DNA of 64,000 nt from an uncultured Prochlorococcus sp. (lineage in GTDB: Bacteria > Cyanobacteriota > Cyanobacteriia > PCC-6307 > Cyanobiaceae), in contig CACOMD010000003.1 of assembly GCA_902628235.1 (NCBI GenBank), positions 2,393 through 66,392 of the forward strand. Reading direction: 5' to 3'. The notes beneath the pieces were generated by a model that saw only the letters and a program-made list of their open reading frames with translations, ran no database searches and had not been told where the DNA came from. Position numbers and translations under genes: made by a program. Shown one piece after another: positions 52,840 through 63,186 of the stretch; within the stretch, counting starts at the first letter, position 1; the number at the start of each line of letters is the position of its first letter.

Positions 52840-53022
52840 TCAGTCACAGTAAATTAAACAATTTTGATTTGTTGGATGTTCTCTACATTCTTTATCCCAA
52901 AAATTTTGAAACTCAGGAGTACATTTTTCTAGTTCTTTTGGAGTCTCATTCAAGTTTAACCCTGCATAATTAAATGCAGTTAGGTATCTTGGAAGGACAT
53001 TGAACTGATTGAATAGTTTCAT
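52840..53022 (-). CDS. Small protein with CP12-like C-terminal Cys pair
   Basis: FWDKECREHPTNQNCLIYCD; strong AGGAGGT RBS just upstream. Confidence 0.75.
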   Translation of the reverse strand: MKLFNQFNVLPRYLTAFNYAGLNLNETPKELEKCTPEFQNFWDKECREHPTNQNCLIYCD

Positions 53023-53401
53023 AAGACCTCCTAGATCTATGTCTATATTGTCCTCCCTTTAACTTGAAATTCATAGAGTATTATTACCCGAGTATTAGTG
53101 CTTTGTAGTTGTCAAGGCTATCTTTTCCGATTCTTTATGAGTAGGAATAATTCAGGAGTCAAAAGCACTTCATCGACTTTGTGGACAGCGAGGTGCATAA
53201 GACTTGAAGAGGACAAACAAATGCACTCTTATTTAATGTTTAATTCTCTAAGATTTCTCTAAAGAGACTTAGTTTTGCTTAATAAGAAACATACATTAAG
53301 CGTTAACAGCAAAAGGCATTGCCAATAGGTTATAAGATTCTCGTGTGAAACTCGTATGAAACTAATTTTTCTAGACTATGACTAGGTTTATAACCTAATT
53401 T

Positions 53402-54988
53402 TCATTCCCACTCAATCGTACCTGGAGGTTTACTTGTGATATCAAATACAACTCTATTTACTTGTTCTACCTCATTTACAATTCTATTAGAAATTTTCTC
53501 TAAGATTTCATTTGGGATTTTCGACCAATCGGCTGTCATCCCATCTTCACTAGAAACGCACCTCAAAACGATCGGCCATGCATATGTTCTTTTATCTCCC
53601 ATCACACCAACTGTTTTCACTGGTAAAAGGACTGCAAAAGCTTGCCAAATCTCATCATAAAGTCCGGCCTTTTTTATTTCATCTCTAACTATCCAATCAG
53701 CATCACGCAAACAATTAAGTTTCTCATTAGAGACTTCACCCAATATTCTTATTGCCAAGCCTGGCCCTGGGAAAGGATGTCTTTTAACGATTTCATCAGG
53801 TAAACCCAAATTCTTTCCCACTTTGCGTACTTCATCTTTAAAAAGTTTTCGTAATGGTTCTACCAATTTAAATTGTAAATCTTTTGGTAAACCTCCAACA
53901 TTATGATGACTTTTAATTTTTACAGCTATCCTCTCTCCTGTTTTTGGATCAACGTTAGTTCCAGCACTTTCAATAACATCAGGATAGAGAGTCCCTTGAG
54001 CTAAATAATCAAATGGTCCTAATCTTTTACTTTCCTCTTCAAAAACTCTAATAAATTCTGTACCTATAATTTTTCTTTTTTGCTCAGGATCAGTTACTCC
54101 ATTAAGTTTATTGATAAAACGTTCTCTTGAATTAATATACTCAACTCTTATATGAAATTTCTTATCAAAAAAACTCATCAAGAATTCTGGTTCCCCTTTT
54201 CTCATAAAACCTTGATCAATAAACATACAAATTAGTTGATCTCCAATAGCTCGATGTAATAAAAATGCTAACGTTGATGAGTCAACACCTCCTGAAAGAG
54301 CTAATAAAACTTTTTTAGTACCAACTTGTTTTCTAATTATCGGAATAGATTCCTCTATAAAGGTTTGTGCGTTCCAATCAGCTTGACAATTACATATTTC
54401 ATATACAAAATTTTTGATAACTGTAAAACCATATTCAGAATGTACTACTTCAGGATGAAATTGAACCCCGAATAGGTTTTGCTTTTCATTAGCTATTGCG
54501 GCGTGCGGAGTATTATTAGTATGAGCTATTTGAAAAAAATTATTTGGTAATTGATTAATTGAGTCGCCATGACTCATCCACATAATTGATTTGTCTTTGA
54601 CTTTATTTAAAAGTAAATTCTTGTTATCAATAAATAAAGGAGCTCTACCATATTCTGCTTTATTTTTAGCAGGAGTAACATTTCCTCCTAGTTGTCTTAC
54701 CATTAATTGCATCCCATAACAAATACCTAAGATTGGAATACCTAAATTAAAAATTTCTTCATCACATAAAGGCGCATGATTCTCATAAACTGAACTTGGT
54801 CCACCACTTAAAATAATACCCTTAGGATTTAACTCCTGTATTTCTTGATATGAAGTAAGATGACTAATTACTAAAGAAAAAACATTAGCTTCTCTAATTC
54901 GTCTTGCAATTAATTCTGAATATTGCGACCCAAAATCCATTATTAATACAGATGGGTATCTCTCTTCAGTATCTAAATTTTCAACCAT
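53402..54988 (-). CDS. guaA: GMP synthase (glutamine-hydrolysing)
   Basis: [42 protein letters not shown]. Confidence 0.98.
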   Translation of the reverse strand: MVENLDTEERYPSVLIMDFGSQYSELIARRIREANVFSLVISHLTSYQEIQELNPKGIILSGGPSSVYENHAPLCDEEIFNLGIPILGICYGMQLMVRQLGGNVTPAKNKAEYGRAPLFIDNKNLLLNKVKDKSIMWMSHGDSINQLPNNFFQIAHTNNTPHAAIANEKQNLFGVQFHPEVVHSEYGFTVIKNFVYEICNCQADWNAQTFIEESIPIIRKQVGTKKVLLALSGGVDSSTLAFLLHRAIGDQLICMFIDQGFMRKGEPEFLMSFFDKKFHIRVEYINSRERFINKLNGVTDPEQKRKIIGTEFIRVFEEESKRLGPFDYLAQGTLYPDVIESAGTNVDPKTGERIAVKIKSHHNVGGLPKDLQFKLVEPLRKLFKDEVRKVGKNLGLPDEIVKRHPFPGPGLAIRILGEVSNEKLNCLRDADWIVRDEIKKAGLYDEIWQAFAVLLPVKTVGVMGDKRTYAWPIVLRCVSSEDGMTADWSKIPNEILEKISNRIVNEVEQVNRVVFDITSKPPGTIEWE

Positions 54989-55024
54989 ATATAAAATTTA
55001 TCTTACTAGTAAAGTATAAGTCAC

Positions 55025-56149
55025 TTAAGATTTAAAAGTAAAAATTGTTGAAAACAATTTTTTTGAATTATTACTTATTGATCTTATCTTTCTTGCCCTA
55101 TCAAACAAAACAACCCCTACTTGAATGTCACTCGATATATATTTTTGAATGTATTCTATAGATCTAATTTCTATATGATTAGAAATTGCAAATATTAATC
55201 TTTTAGCAATCTCAATATTAAATTCCTCAACAATTTTAAGAGCCTCATCAATTGTTTGGCTTTTTATAAAAGAGTGAATTATTTTTAAGGGCAATTTTTC
55301 TTTTACTGCTAAATAAACAAGAATTTCAATACGTGCATCTGCTAAATGATTATGAGTATGAAAAATGCCTCCAGCTAATTTTATTAGTTTTCCATAATAA
55401 CCAAATAATATAATTTTCTTAACCTTATGTGAAGCGGCATGAACCAATAATGGGCCAATCCAATTCCCAACTTTAATTACAGGAAATGGTATATTAAGTT
55501 TCTTAGCAAGATCGAAACCGTTCTCACCAATTACAAATGTAATTGGATCAGTCTCAGACGCAGAAATAACATTATTTAATTGATTCATCGCATATTTTAA
55601 TTGTTCTGGAGATGCACTTATATGTGTCTCCGCTGTGGTTCCAATAATCGATAAACCTTCTACTATTCCAAAAGATTTGTTACTTGTTCTTTCAGCTAAA
55701 AATTTTCCTTTAGGAAAAATAATTTCTAAAGATAATTTTATACCTTCAGGAATAATTTCTAACAGATTTAAGTCAATAATTTTTTTTGCAAAATCTGAAA
55801 TACATAATTTTTGGGTATTGGAATCAATTCCAACTCCATAACCGGGAACAAGATCGATTATCGCTTTTGATCCATTCTCTAAATTTTTAATTTCAATGAA
55901 TGAAGCGATAACCCATATTTCTAAATTATTTGTAAGGTCAAGATCTAAACCTGAATTTGCAAAAGTAATCGCTAGCGCCGCATTATTTTCTTTTATTAAA
56001 GCAGCAGAATTTACTTTTATTTTTTTAGCCTCATTGTCATTTGGTATTTTTATAAATTCATAATTATCAAAGGGTAAATCAAGCAACTTTTTCACTGCAG
56101 CCTTGGCTGAAGCCACAACCCATAAAGGTAAAGAAAATCCTTTTTTCAA
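55025..56149 (-). CDS. cbiD: Cobalt-precorrin-5B C1-methyltransferase
   Basis: LAERTSNKSFGIVEGLSIIGTT, GKLIKLAGGIFHTH. Confidence 0.93.
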   Translation of the reverse strand: MKKGFSLPLWVVASAKAAVKKLLDLPFDNYEFIKIPNDNEAKKIKVNSAALIKENNAALAITFANSGLDLDLTNNLEIWVIASFIEIKNLENGSKAIIDLVPGYGVGIDSNTQKLCISDFAKKIIDLNLLEIIPEGIKLSLEIIFPKGKFLAERTSNKSFGIVEGLSIIGTTAETHISASPEQLKYAMNQLNNVISASETDPITFVIGENGFDLAKKLNIPFPVIKVGNWIGPLLVHAASHKVKKIILFGYYGKLIKLAGGIFHTHNHLADARIEILVYLAVKEKLPLKIIHSFIKSQTIDEALKIVEEFNIEIAKRLIFAISNHIEIRSIEYIQKYISSDIQVGVVLFDRARKIRSISNNSKKLFSTIFTFKS

Positions 56150-56209
56150 ATCAAGTAATTGAAAAATACATAATGAGAACTACTCTTAGAATGACCTATT
56201 TATTAAAAA

Positions 56210-57370
56210 GTGGCCATACAAAAAAAATTATCGCTCATGATTCCTGGACCAACACCTGTTCCTGAAAGAGTTTTAGAAGCGTTAGGAAGGCATCCTATTG
56301 GACATAGAAGCAAAGATTTTCAAAGCATTGTTAAGTCTACAACTGAAAATTTAAAGTGGCTTCATCAAACTAACAATGAAGTTTTAACAATTACGGGCAG
56401 TGGTACAGCTGCTATGGAAGCTGGGATAATAAATACTCTGAGTAAAGGGGATAAAGTTATCTGTGGAGAAAATGGAAAGTTTGGCCAAAGATGGGTCAAA
56501 GTTGCTGAAGAATTTGGTTTGGAAGTAATTCAAATTAATGCTGAATGGGGAAAACCATTAAACCCTGAAAGATTCAAAGATATTTTAGAAAATGATTTAA
56601 ATAAAGATATTAAAGCAGTTATTTTGACCCACTCAGAGACTTCAACAGGAGTCATTAACGACTTAAAAACTATTAGTAAATATATTAGAAATCATAAGAA
56701 AGCTTTATCAATAATTGATTGCGTTACAAGCATAGGCGCATTCAATGTTCCCACTGATGAATGGGAATTAGACATTGTAGCTTCAGGATCTCAAAAAGGA
56801 TATATGATTCCTCCCGGATTAAGCTTTATTTCTATGAGTGAAAAAGCTTGGGAGGCAAATGAATTAGCAAATCTACCAAAATTTTATTTAGACTTAAAAT
56901 CCTATAAAAAAAGCTTGTTAAATAACAGCAATCCTTTTACTCCATCCGTTAATTTAATTTTTGCTTTGGATGAAGCATTAAACATGATGAAAGAAGAAGG
57001 TTTAGAAAATATTTTTCAAAAGCATGAAAGACACAAACTAGCTATTTCAGAAGCCGCAAAAAAATTAAATCTAAAACTATTTGCGGATGAAAATTCACTT
57101 AGCCCCTCAATAACAGCTATAGAGGCTCAAAATTTTGACGCTGAATCTTTTAGAAAAACCGTACAAAATAAATACGGAATACAATTAGCAGGAGGTCAAG
57201 ATCACTTAAAAGGAAAAATATTTAGAGTAGGTCACTTAGGTTATATCAATGATTTAGATATTATCTCTGCTATAACAGCTATTGGTCTTACACTTTATGA
57301 AAAAAATATTGTTAATCAAAATGACATTGGTAAAGCATTAATTGAAGCAAAAAAACATTTAGAAAGTTAA
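56210..57370 (+). CDS. Class V aminotransferase (alanine-glyoxylate/serine-pyruvate type, DhsS-like)
   Basis: MIPGPTP, GSGTAAME, HSETSTG, SGSQKG, FRVGHLG. Confidence 0.92.
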   Translation: MAIQKKLSLMIPGPTPVPERVLEALGRHPIGHRSKDFQSIVKSTTENLKWLHQTNNEVLTITGSGTAAMEAGIINTLSKGDKVICGENGKFGQRWVKVAEEFGLEVIQINAEWGKPLNPERFKDILENDLNKDIKAVILTHSETSTGVINDLKTISKYIRNHKKALSIIDCVTSIGAFNVPTDEWELDIVASGSQKGYMIPPGLSFISMSEKAWEANELANLPKFYLDLKSYKKSLLNNSNPFTPSVNLIFALDEALNMMKEEGLENIFQKHERHKLAISEAAKKLNLKLFADENSLSPSITAIEAQNFDAESFRKTVQNKYGIQLAGGQDHLKGKIFRVGHLGYINDLDIISAITAIGLTLYEKNIVNQNDIGKALIEAKKHLES

Positions 57371-57371
57371 T

Positions 57372-57569
57372 TTAAGTTCCAGGTTCTTCAACATTACCGC
57401 CAAGCTCAACAATCTTTTTTTTCAAAATTTCCGATTTCTCGCATTCACCTCTTGTTTGAGCTACTGCAAGAGCAAACTCAAGTTTTTCTAATTGATGACC
57501 TCCCTCAATAAAAGAAAATTTCTTTTTAATCTGTGTGTTTTTACCTTTGTAAGAAATTTTTGACACCAT
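57372..57569 (-). CDS. Conserved small hypothetical protein
   Basis: EGGHQLEKLEFALAVA...ELGGNVEEPGT. Confidence 0.75.
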   Translation of the reverse strand: MVSKISYKGKNTQIKKKFSFIEGGHQLEKLEFALAVAQTRGECEKSEILKKKIVELGGNVEEPGT

Positions 57570-57783
57570 AACAACTTTTTATTTTTTAATATTATGCCAA
57601 GTCAATGGCACTTTTTGCAGTAATTCAATTATTAAGATTTTTGTTTTAATAAAAAAAGCCTAACAAAAGTTGAAATTATTATCATCATAAAAATTTTCAC
57701 TTAAAGAGGATTATTAATTCTTAAATACCTATAGACAATACTCAAATAAAAGATATTTTTTAATAAAGTGTTGTTGTCATTGC

Positions 57784-58236
57784 ATGTTTACTACTAAAGG
57801 TTTAAAAATATTTTTTTTATTACTTGGATTTCTGTTTAATTATTCATTATTTACTCCTAAAGTATTAGCAGGATCATTTGGAGCAGAAATCTTTTGTACT
57901 ATGCGAGATGGAGGTAATGACCATGAGAGTAGTTGGGAAGCAGCTTATAGTTATATTAAACGGCAAAAAGGTGGGTTTTTTAAAACTTCTCCAAAGCAAG
58001 CCGCCGCTCAAATTATTGAAACTGTAGTAAGAGAAAAAGAAAAATTTAGCGGTTGCGTAGAGTACTTAGACAAACTTTATCCTGATAGAGACTTACAACG
58101 AAAACTAAAGAAAGATGAAAAAGAAAGAAAAAAAGAAGCTATCGAGAAAGAAAATAGAAGAAAAAAAATTGAAGATCTTATAGAAGAAGAAAATGAAAAC
58201 ATCTCTGAAGAATCATTTGATCGATATGACTATTAA
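57784..58236 (+). CDS. Conserved exported hypothetical protein
   Basis: Signal peptide, then FCTMRDGGNDHESSWEAAY. Confidence 0.75.
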   Translation: MFTTKGLKIFFLLLGFLFNYSLFTPKVLAGSFGAEIFCTMRDGGNDHESSWEAAYSYIKRQKGGFFKTSPKQAAAQIIETVVREKEKFSGCVEYLDKLYPDRDLQRKLKKDEKERKKEAIEKENRRKKIEDLIEEENENISEESFDRYDY

Positions 58237-58362
58237 ATTAAATAAAAGTATATTTATATACAAAATAATAATTTAATTAGGTAATTACTATAAAATATTA
58301 ATATTTAAAATATTGACTTTTTAATATAGTAAGCCATTATTTACTTAAATAAAATAAACTGA

Positions 58363-58764
58363 ATGCATAGCAATGATGCAGTATATTTAGAGGATTTATG
58401 CCCTAAATTAAAATTCAGACAATGGAGACAATCTATTCATAAATTTACTAAAAAAAGTTGTATTTATTGTGGGAATGCATCAGAGTCCATAGATCACATA
58501 CTCCCTAGGAGTAAAGGAGGTTTAAGTACAACTGAGAATTGCGTTCCAGCTTGCCTTGCTTGCAATGGAGATAAATCAAATAACGAAGCTTTTTATTGGT
58601 ATCGAGGACAAAAATTTTACGACCCAAGAAGAGCGATGGCACTAAGAGCATGGATGGATGGAGATATAAGACTTGCTGTAAGATTATTACAATGGGCAAA
58701 TCCACCGGAAGAGAATAAGATTGATATTTTTGATGAAAATATAATTGAATACAACGCAGCTTAA
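58363..58764 (+). CDS. HNH endonuclease family protein
   Basis: CIYCG...IDHILPRSKGG...NCVPACLACN..K. Confidence 0.9.
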   Translation: MHSNDAVYLEDLCPKLKFRQWRQSIHKFTKKSCIYCGNASESIDHILPRSKGGLSTTENCVPACLACNGDKSNNEAFYWYRGQKFYDPRRAMALRAWMDGDIRLAVRLLQWANPPEENKIDIFDENIIEYNAA

Positions 58765-59016
58765 CTACCAAATATTGCAAGCTTGTTCATTATTAAATTT
58801 GTTGCAAATATTTCCATCAATTTCAGGTGAATCAGAAAAAACAATAAACGTAAAAAATGACATTACTATAAGTAAAAATTTCCATTTTGTATGAAATTTT
58901 CTATATTGAAGACTGTGACTTTTTAGTCTATTTTGTGGATATAACTGGTTAAGAGAAATTTCTGCATTTAATTTCGCCAGAGGCTTTACCAAAGTCTTCA
59001 TCACATAATAATACAC
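58765..59016 (-). CDS. Small hypothetical membrane protein
   Basis: TM segment and C-terminal C...C..W; start uncertain. Confidence 0.55.
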   Translation of the reverse strand: MYYYVMKTLVKPLAKLNAEISLNQLYPQNRLKSHSLQYRKFHTKWKFLLIVMSFFTFIVFSDSPEIDGNICNKFNNEQACNIW

Positions 59017-59037
59017 TTGTACTAGTTATAATCTTAT

Positions 59038-59931
59038 ATGGAAAACTTTGCAAGCAGTTCATTACAAAAAAAGAAATTCATAATATTTGGAGGAGGTTTT
59101 AGTGGTCAATTTATTGCAAATGAAATCAGGAAATTAGGAGGTGAAGCATTAACGAGCTCCAGACAATTGCAAAACAATAGTAATAGTTTTGTTTTTGATA
59201 GCTTTTCTAGAGCACTACCATCTGAACATATTTTTGATGGAACTACTCATGTTTTAAGTTGTATCCCTCCCGATAAGAGTGGAAAAGATCCTGTATTATC
59301 AAGACTCCATAAAAAATTAAAAAGTCTTGATTTAGAGTGGGTAGGGTATCTATCAACTACTGGAGTATATGGCAATACATTTGGCGAGTGGGTTACAGAA
59401 AAAGACCCTGCTAATCCTTTGCAAGATAGAAGCAAGAGAAGGTTACTATGTGAAAGAAGTTGGCTTGATTCAAATTTACCAATACAAATTTTCAGACTTC
59501 CTGGTATTTATGGGCCAGGGAGATCAACATTCGAATCAATATTTAAAAAAAATATAAAAGTTATTTACAAACCAAATCAAGTCTTTTCAAGAATTCATGT
59601 CGCAGACATAGCTAACGCAATTATATATTTATTAAAAATTAATAATGAAAACTTTAAGCAAATAATAAATATTGCAGATAATTATCCCACCTCTCAAATT
59701 GAAGTAATAGAACATAGTTACAAATTACTAGGATTAAAGATGCCAGAACCAATGAATTTTGATAGTGCAAAAAAATTACTTTCTCCAATTGCCTTATCTT
59801 TTTGGGAGGAAAATAGAAGAGTTTCTAATAGATTACTATGTAAGGATTTAGGGTACAAACTTATACACAAAAATTACAAATCCGGTCTAAAAAGTTGCCT
59901 TGAAATAATCAAACAAAAAAATTTAAAATGA
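59038..59931 (+). CDS. Atypical SDR / NAD-dependent epimerase family protein
   Basis: FGGGFSG, YLSTTGVYG, RLPGIYGPGR, SRIHVADIA. Confidence 0.9.
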   Translation: MENFASSSLQKKKFIIFGGGFSGQFIANEIRKLGGEALTSSRQLQNNSNSFVFDSFSRALPSEHIFDGTTHVLSCIPPDKSGKDPVLSRLHKKLKSLDLEWVGYLSTTGVYGNTFGEWVTEKDPANPLQDRSKRRLLCERSWLDSNLPIQIFRLPGIYGPGRSTFESIFKKNIKVIYKPNQVFSRIHVADIANAIIYLLKINNENFKQIINIADNYPTSQIEVIEHSYKLLGLKMPEPMNFDSAKKLLSPIALSFWEENRRVSNRLLCKDLGYKLIHKNYKSGLKSCLEIIKQKNLK

Positions 59932-59989
59932 TTTATTCTTTAAAATAAACAAAATAACATAAATTATATTAATTTTTAGAAATAATCAT

Positions 59990-60991
59990 ATGAAAAATAA
60001 TCCAAAAATTGTTATCACAGTCGGAGATGAAGCTGGAGTTGGACCTGAAATAATTTTAAAAGCATTAGCATCAAAAGCAATTCCTAAAAAGATTAATATT
60101 CTTATAGTTGGAAATAAGAAGAATCTAATATCTAAATATTTATTTCTTAAGTCTCTAGGTATAGAAAAAATTGTTGATCCAAATCAATTAGAGATAGAAG
60201 ACTTAAAGATCTCAGATACTGATGTAAAAGAACCTTCAAAGGATACTGGAAATGCAAGCTTTTTATATCTAAAACATGCTATTGAAATTGTTAAAAAGTC
60301 ACCAACTTCTGCTTTAGTAACCAGCCCTATTTGCAAAAAACTCTGGAATTCTGCAGGACATAATTATTCTGGGCAAACCGAATTATTATCTGAAATTTGC
60401 AACTCTCCAAATGTTGGTATGCTATTCACTGCTAAATCTCCTTTCACAGGATGGCGTTTTAATACTCTTTTAGCTACAACTCATATTCCAATTAGAGAAG
60501 TCCCAAATAAATTAGATAAAAATTTAATAAATACTAAATTAGATTTACTTTATAAATTCTGCAATAAATTTAATGAAAAGCCTACTTTGCATGTTGCGGG
60601 ATTAAATCCTCATGCAGGAGAAGAGGGTATTTTAGGCACTGAAGAAGTTGATTTTATTAATCAAGCGATTCATAATTGGAAAATTAAAAATCCTCTGGTT
60701 AATCTAAGCAAATTAATATCTCCCGATAGTTGTTGGATATCTTCTGCTAAAGCATGGAGAGAAAATAACACTAATCCACCTGACGGTATTCTTGCTCTGT
60801 ATCACGATCAAGGTTTAATACCAGTAAAAATTATCACATTGAACTATTCTGTTAACACAACCATAGGGTTACCAATAGTTAGAACATCACCGGACCATGG
60901 CACTGGCTTTGATATTGCTAGTAAAGGAGTCGCCCAATGTCAAAGCATGATAGAAGCAATAAAAACTGCTAATGATTTATTGAATATCTAA
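59990..60991 (+). CDS. pdxA: 4-hydroxythreonine-4-phosphate dehydrogenase
   Basis: GDEAGVGPE, GLNPHAGE, YHDQG, RTSPDHGT. Confidence 0.96.
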   Translation: MKNNPKIVITVGDEAGVGPEIILKALASKAIPKKINILIVGNKKNLISKYLFLKSLGIEKIVDPNQLEIEDLKISDTDVKEPSKDTGNASFLYLKHAIEIVKKSPTSALVTSPICKKLWNSAGHNYSGQTELLSEICNSPNVGMLFTAKSPFTGWRFNTLLATTHIPIREVPNKLDKNLINTKLDLLYKFCNKFNEKPTLHVAGLNPHAGEEGILGTEEVDFINQAIHNWKIKNPLVNLSKLISPDSCWISSAKAWRENNTNPPDGILALYHDQGLIPVKIITLNYSVNTTIGLPIVRTSPDHGTGFDIASKGVAQCQSMIEAIKTANDLLNI

Positions 60992-61491
60992 GATTTCTTG
61001 ACTCGCATTAACACTTGGCCAAATTCTACTGGAGTTCCATTATCTACCAATACTTCAACTACTACACCATTAAATTCAGATTCAATTTCATTCATAAGTT
61101 TCATTGCCTCTAAGATACAAATCGTTTGACCAACAGATATTGAGGAACCTACTTCAACGAAAGGATCCTCTCCTGGGGCTGATGCTCTATAGAAAGTTCC
61201 AACCATAGGTGAAGTTATTTCAAGAAGGTCAGAGCGCCCTGGAGGTGCCACTGAAGGAGAAACCTCTGGAGGTGTTGAGACAAAATTATCGTTTTTAATT
61301 AATTGAGTATCATCTCCCTCAGTCACCTCATTCTTTAAGGCTGGGTTCTGAGTACTTTGTTGCTTGTTGATTAAATTTCTTTTAATCTCAAGTTTAAAAT
61401 CTTCTCCTTCGAGATAAAATTCTTGAATATCACTTTTAGATATTTTTTCAATAAGATGATTTAAATCATCATGATCTAGTTTTAATGCCAT
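60988..61491 (-). CDS. accB: Biotin carboxyl carrier protein
   Basis: SPMVGTFY, EAMKLMNE. Confidence 0.97.
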   Translation of the reverse strand: MALKLDHDDLNHLIEKISKSDIQEFYLEGEDFKLEIKRNLINKQQSTQNPALKNEVTEGDDTQLIKNDNFVSTPPEVSPSVAPPGRSDLLEITSPMVGTFYRASAPGEDPFVEVGSSISVGQTICILEAMKLMNEIESEFNGVVVEVLVDNGTPVEFGQVLMRVKKS

Positions 61492-62051
61492 TAGTTTTCC
61501 CGTCCTAAATAGCTATCATTTCTGGTATCAACTCTAATCATTTCTCCAACAGAGATAAATAAAGGAACCATTACTTGTGCTCCTGTCTCAAGAATAGCTG
61601 GTTTTGTGCCGCCACTAGCTGTATCACCTTTTACTCCAGGATCAGTCTCTGTAACTTTAAGTGTCACTGAAATCGGCAATTCGACTTCTAAAACTTTACC
61701 ATTCCAGGAAACAACATTAACTTCCATACCTTCTTTTAAATATTTAGAACTTTGACCAATTTGATCAGTTGTCAATCTTGTTTCTTCAAAACTTGTCATA
61801 TTCATAAAAACATAGTCTCCGGACTCCACATATGTGTGCTGGAGGTTAGACTTTTCAAGAATAGCCTGTTGTAAAGACTCACCCGCTCGGAATGTCTTTT
61901 CAATTACATTCCCGTTTTGAACTGACTTTAATTTTGTTCTTACAAAGGCAGATCCTTTGCCAGGCTTTACATGTAGAAATTCTACAACCCGCCAAACTTG
62001 CCCATCTATTTCAATGGTAGTGCCTGTGCGAAAATCGTTACTGGAAATCAT
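61491..62051 (-). CDS. efp: Elongation factor P
   Basis: [17 protein letters not shown]; start placed at ATG 62051 (MISSNDFR). Confidence 0.97.
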   Translation of the reverse strand: MISSNDFRTGTTIEIDGQVWRVVEFLHVKPGKGSAFVRTKLKSVQNGNVIEKTFRAGESLQQAILEKSNLQHTYVESGDYVFMNMTSFEETRLTTDQIGQSSKYLKEGMEVNVVSWNGKVLEVELPISVTLKVTETDPGVKGDTASGGTKPAILETGAQVMVPLFISVGEMIRVDTRNDSYLGREN

Positions 62052-62094
62052 TCCTGTATTACATACCCAGAGATCATAAACCTGTTTGAGTACT

Positions 62095-63186
62095 ATGCAA
62101 AAATTATTATCAAATTTGAACAAAAATTATTTTTTTGTATTAATTATCTTTGTTCAAATATTCTTTATAAATCCTATTATGGTTCTTGCTGATTTACCTA
62201 ATGGAAACGCAGTTAAAGACCCAAATGCTATTTTGAGAAACTCCTTGCCAATTAAGCAAGTAGAACTTCAAGACATTCAACATCGGCTTGAAGACACAAG
62301 CGATTTAGTGAGAGGAGGAAGGTGGCCTGCCTTAACGAAAACTGTTACAAAATGTCAATCTCTTTTTAAAAAATACAATAGGCCTATTCTAGAAAAAATT
62401 GATAATGAAAATAAAATTTTTGCTGAAAATACATTAAGCAATCTCAAAACAGATTTAGATAACCTCGCCGAAATAGCAAAAAATAAGGATAAGTATGCTT
62501 TCATAAACGTTCGCAGAGGAGCTCTTGAAAAGATTGGAAAATTAGAAGAGTTTTTCTTACCAAGTGAATTTCCTTATAAAATTCCTAATGAGTTTAATGA
62601 TCTTCCAAGATTATTAGGAAGAGCAAATGTCAAAATTAAAACTACGAAAGGAGATATGGAAGCAGTTATAGATGGCTATAATGCTCCACTCACTGGAGGT
62701 GCATTTATAGATCTTGTGGGTAAAAACTTCTACAATGATTTACCTATAAACAGAGCTGAGGAATTTTTTGTTTTGCAAACAGGAGATCCAAAGGGAAATG
62801 ACATCGGATATATCGATCCTGAGACAAACAAAGAAAGACTAGTCCCACTAGAGATAAGGGTTCCAGGAGAACCAGAAACGTTTTATAATGAAACGTTTGA
62901 AGATTTAGGTTTTTATACTGAAACACCAACATTACCATTCGCCACATTGGGAACAATGGGCTGGTCTCATTCTAATGAAGCAGTCAATGATGGATCTTCA
63001 CAATTTTTCTTTTTTCTTTATGAAGCAGAACTAAATCCTGCAGGCAGAAATCTTATTGATGGTCGAAATGCTGCGTTTGGATATGTTGTTAATGGTGCAG
63101 ATATCCTGGAAGATCTTAATATGGATGATAGGATTATTTCTATAGAAATAACTGAAGGAGAAGAAAATTTAAAAGCACATGCATAA
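62095..63186 (+). CDS. Cyclophilin-type peptidyl-prolyl isomerase (CYP38/TLP40-like)
   Basis: Signal peptide, helical domain, [29 protein letters not shown]. Confidence 0.9.
   Translation: MQKLLSNLNKNYFFVLIIFVQIFFINPIMVLADLPNGNAVKDPNAILRNSLPIKQVELQDIQHRLEDTSDLVRGGRWPALTKTVTKCQSLFKKYNRPILEKIDNENKIFAENTLSNLKTDLDNLAEIAKNKDKYAFINVRRGALEKIGKLEEFFLPSEFPYKIPNEFNDLPRLLGRANVKIKTTKGDMEAVIDGYNAPLTGGAFIDLVGKNFYNDLPINRAEEFFVLQTGDPKGNDIGYIDPETNKERLVPLEIRVPGEPETFYNETFEDLGFYTETPTLPFATLGTMGWSHSNEAVNDGSSQFFFFLYEAELNPAGRNLIDGRNAAFGYVVNGADILEDLNMDDRIISIEITEGEENLKAHA

Noticed and set aside
58363-58764. HNH endonuclease as a homing or mobile element
   Set aside because: No intron, intein or flanking repeats; sits among core genes with ordinary composition.
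62052-62123. N-terminal extension of EF-P overlapping the PPIase ORF
   Set aside because: Artefact of longest-ORF calling; ATG starts at 62051 (-) and 62095 (+) remove the overlap.
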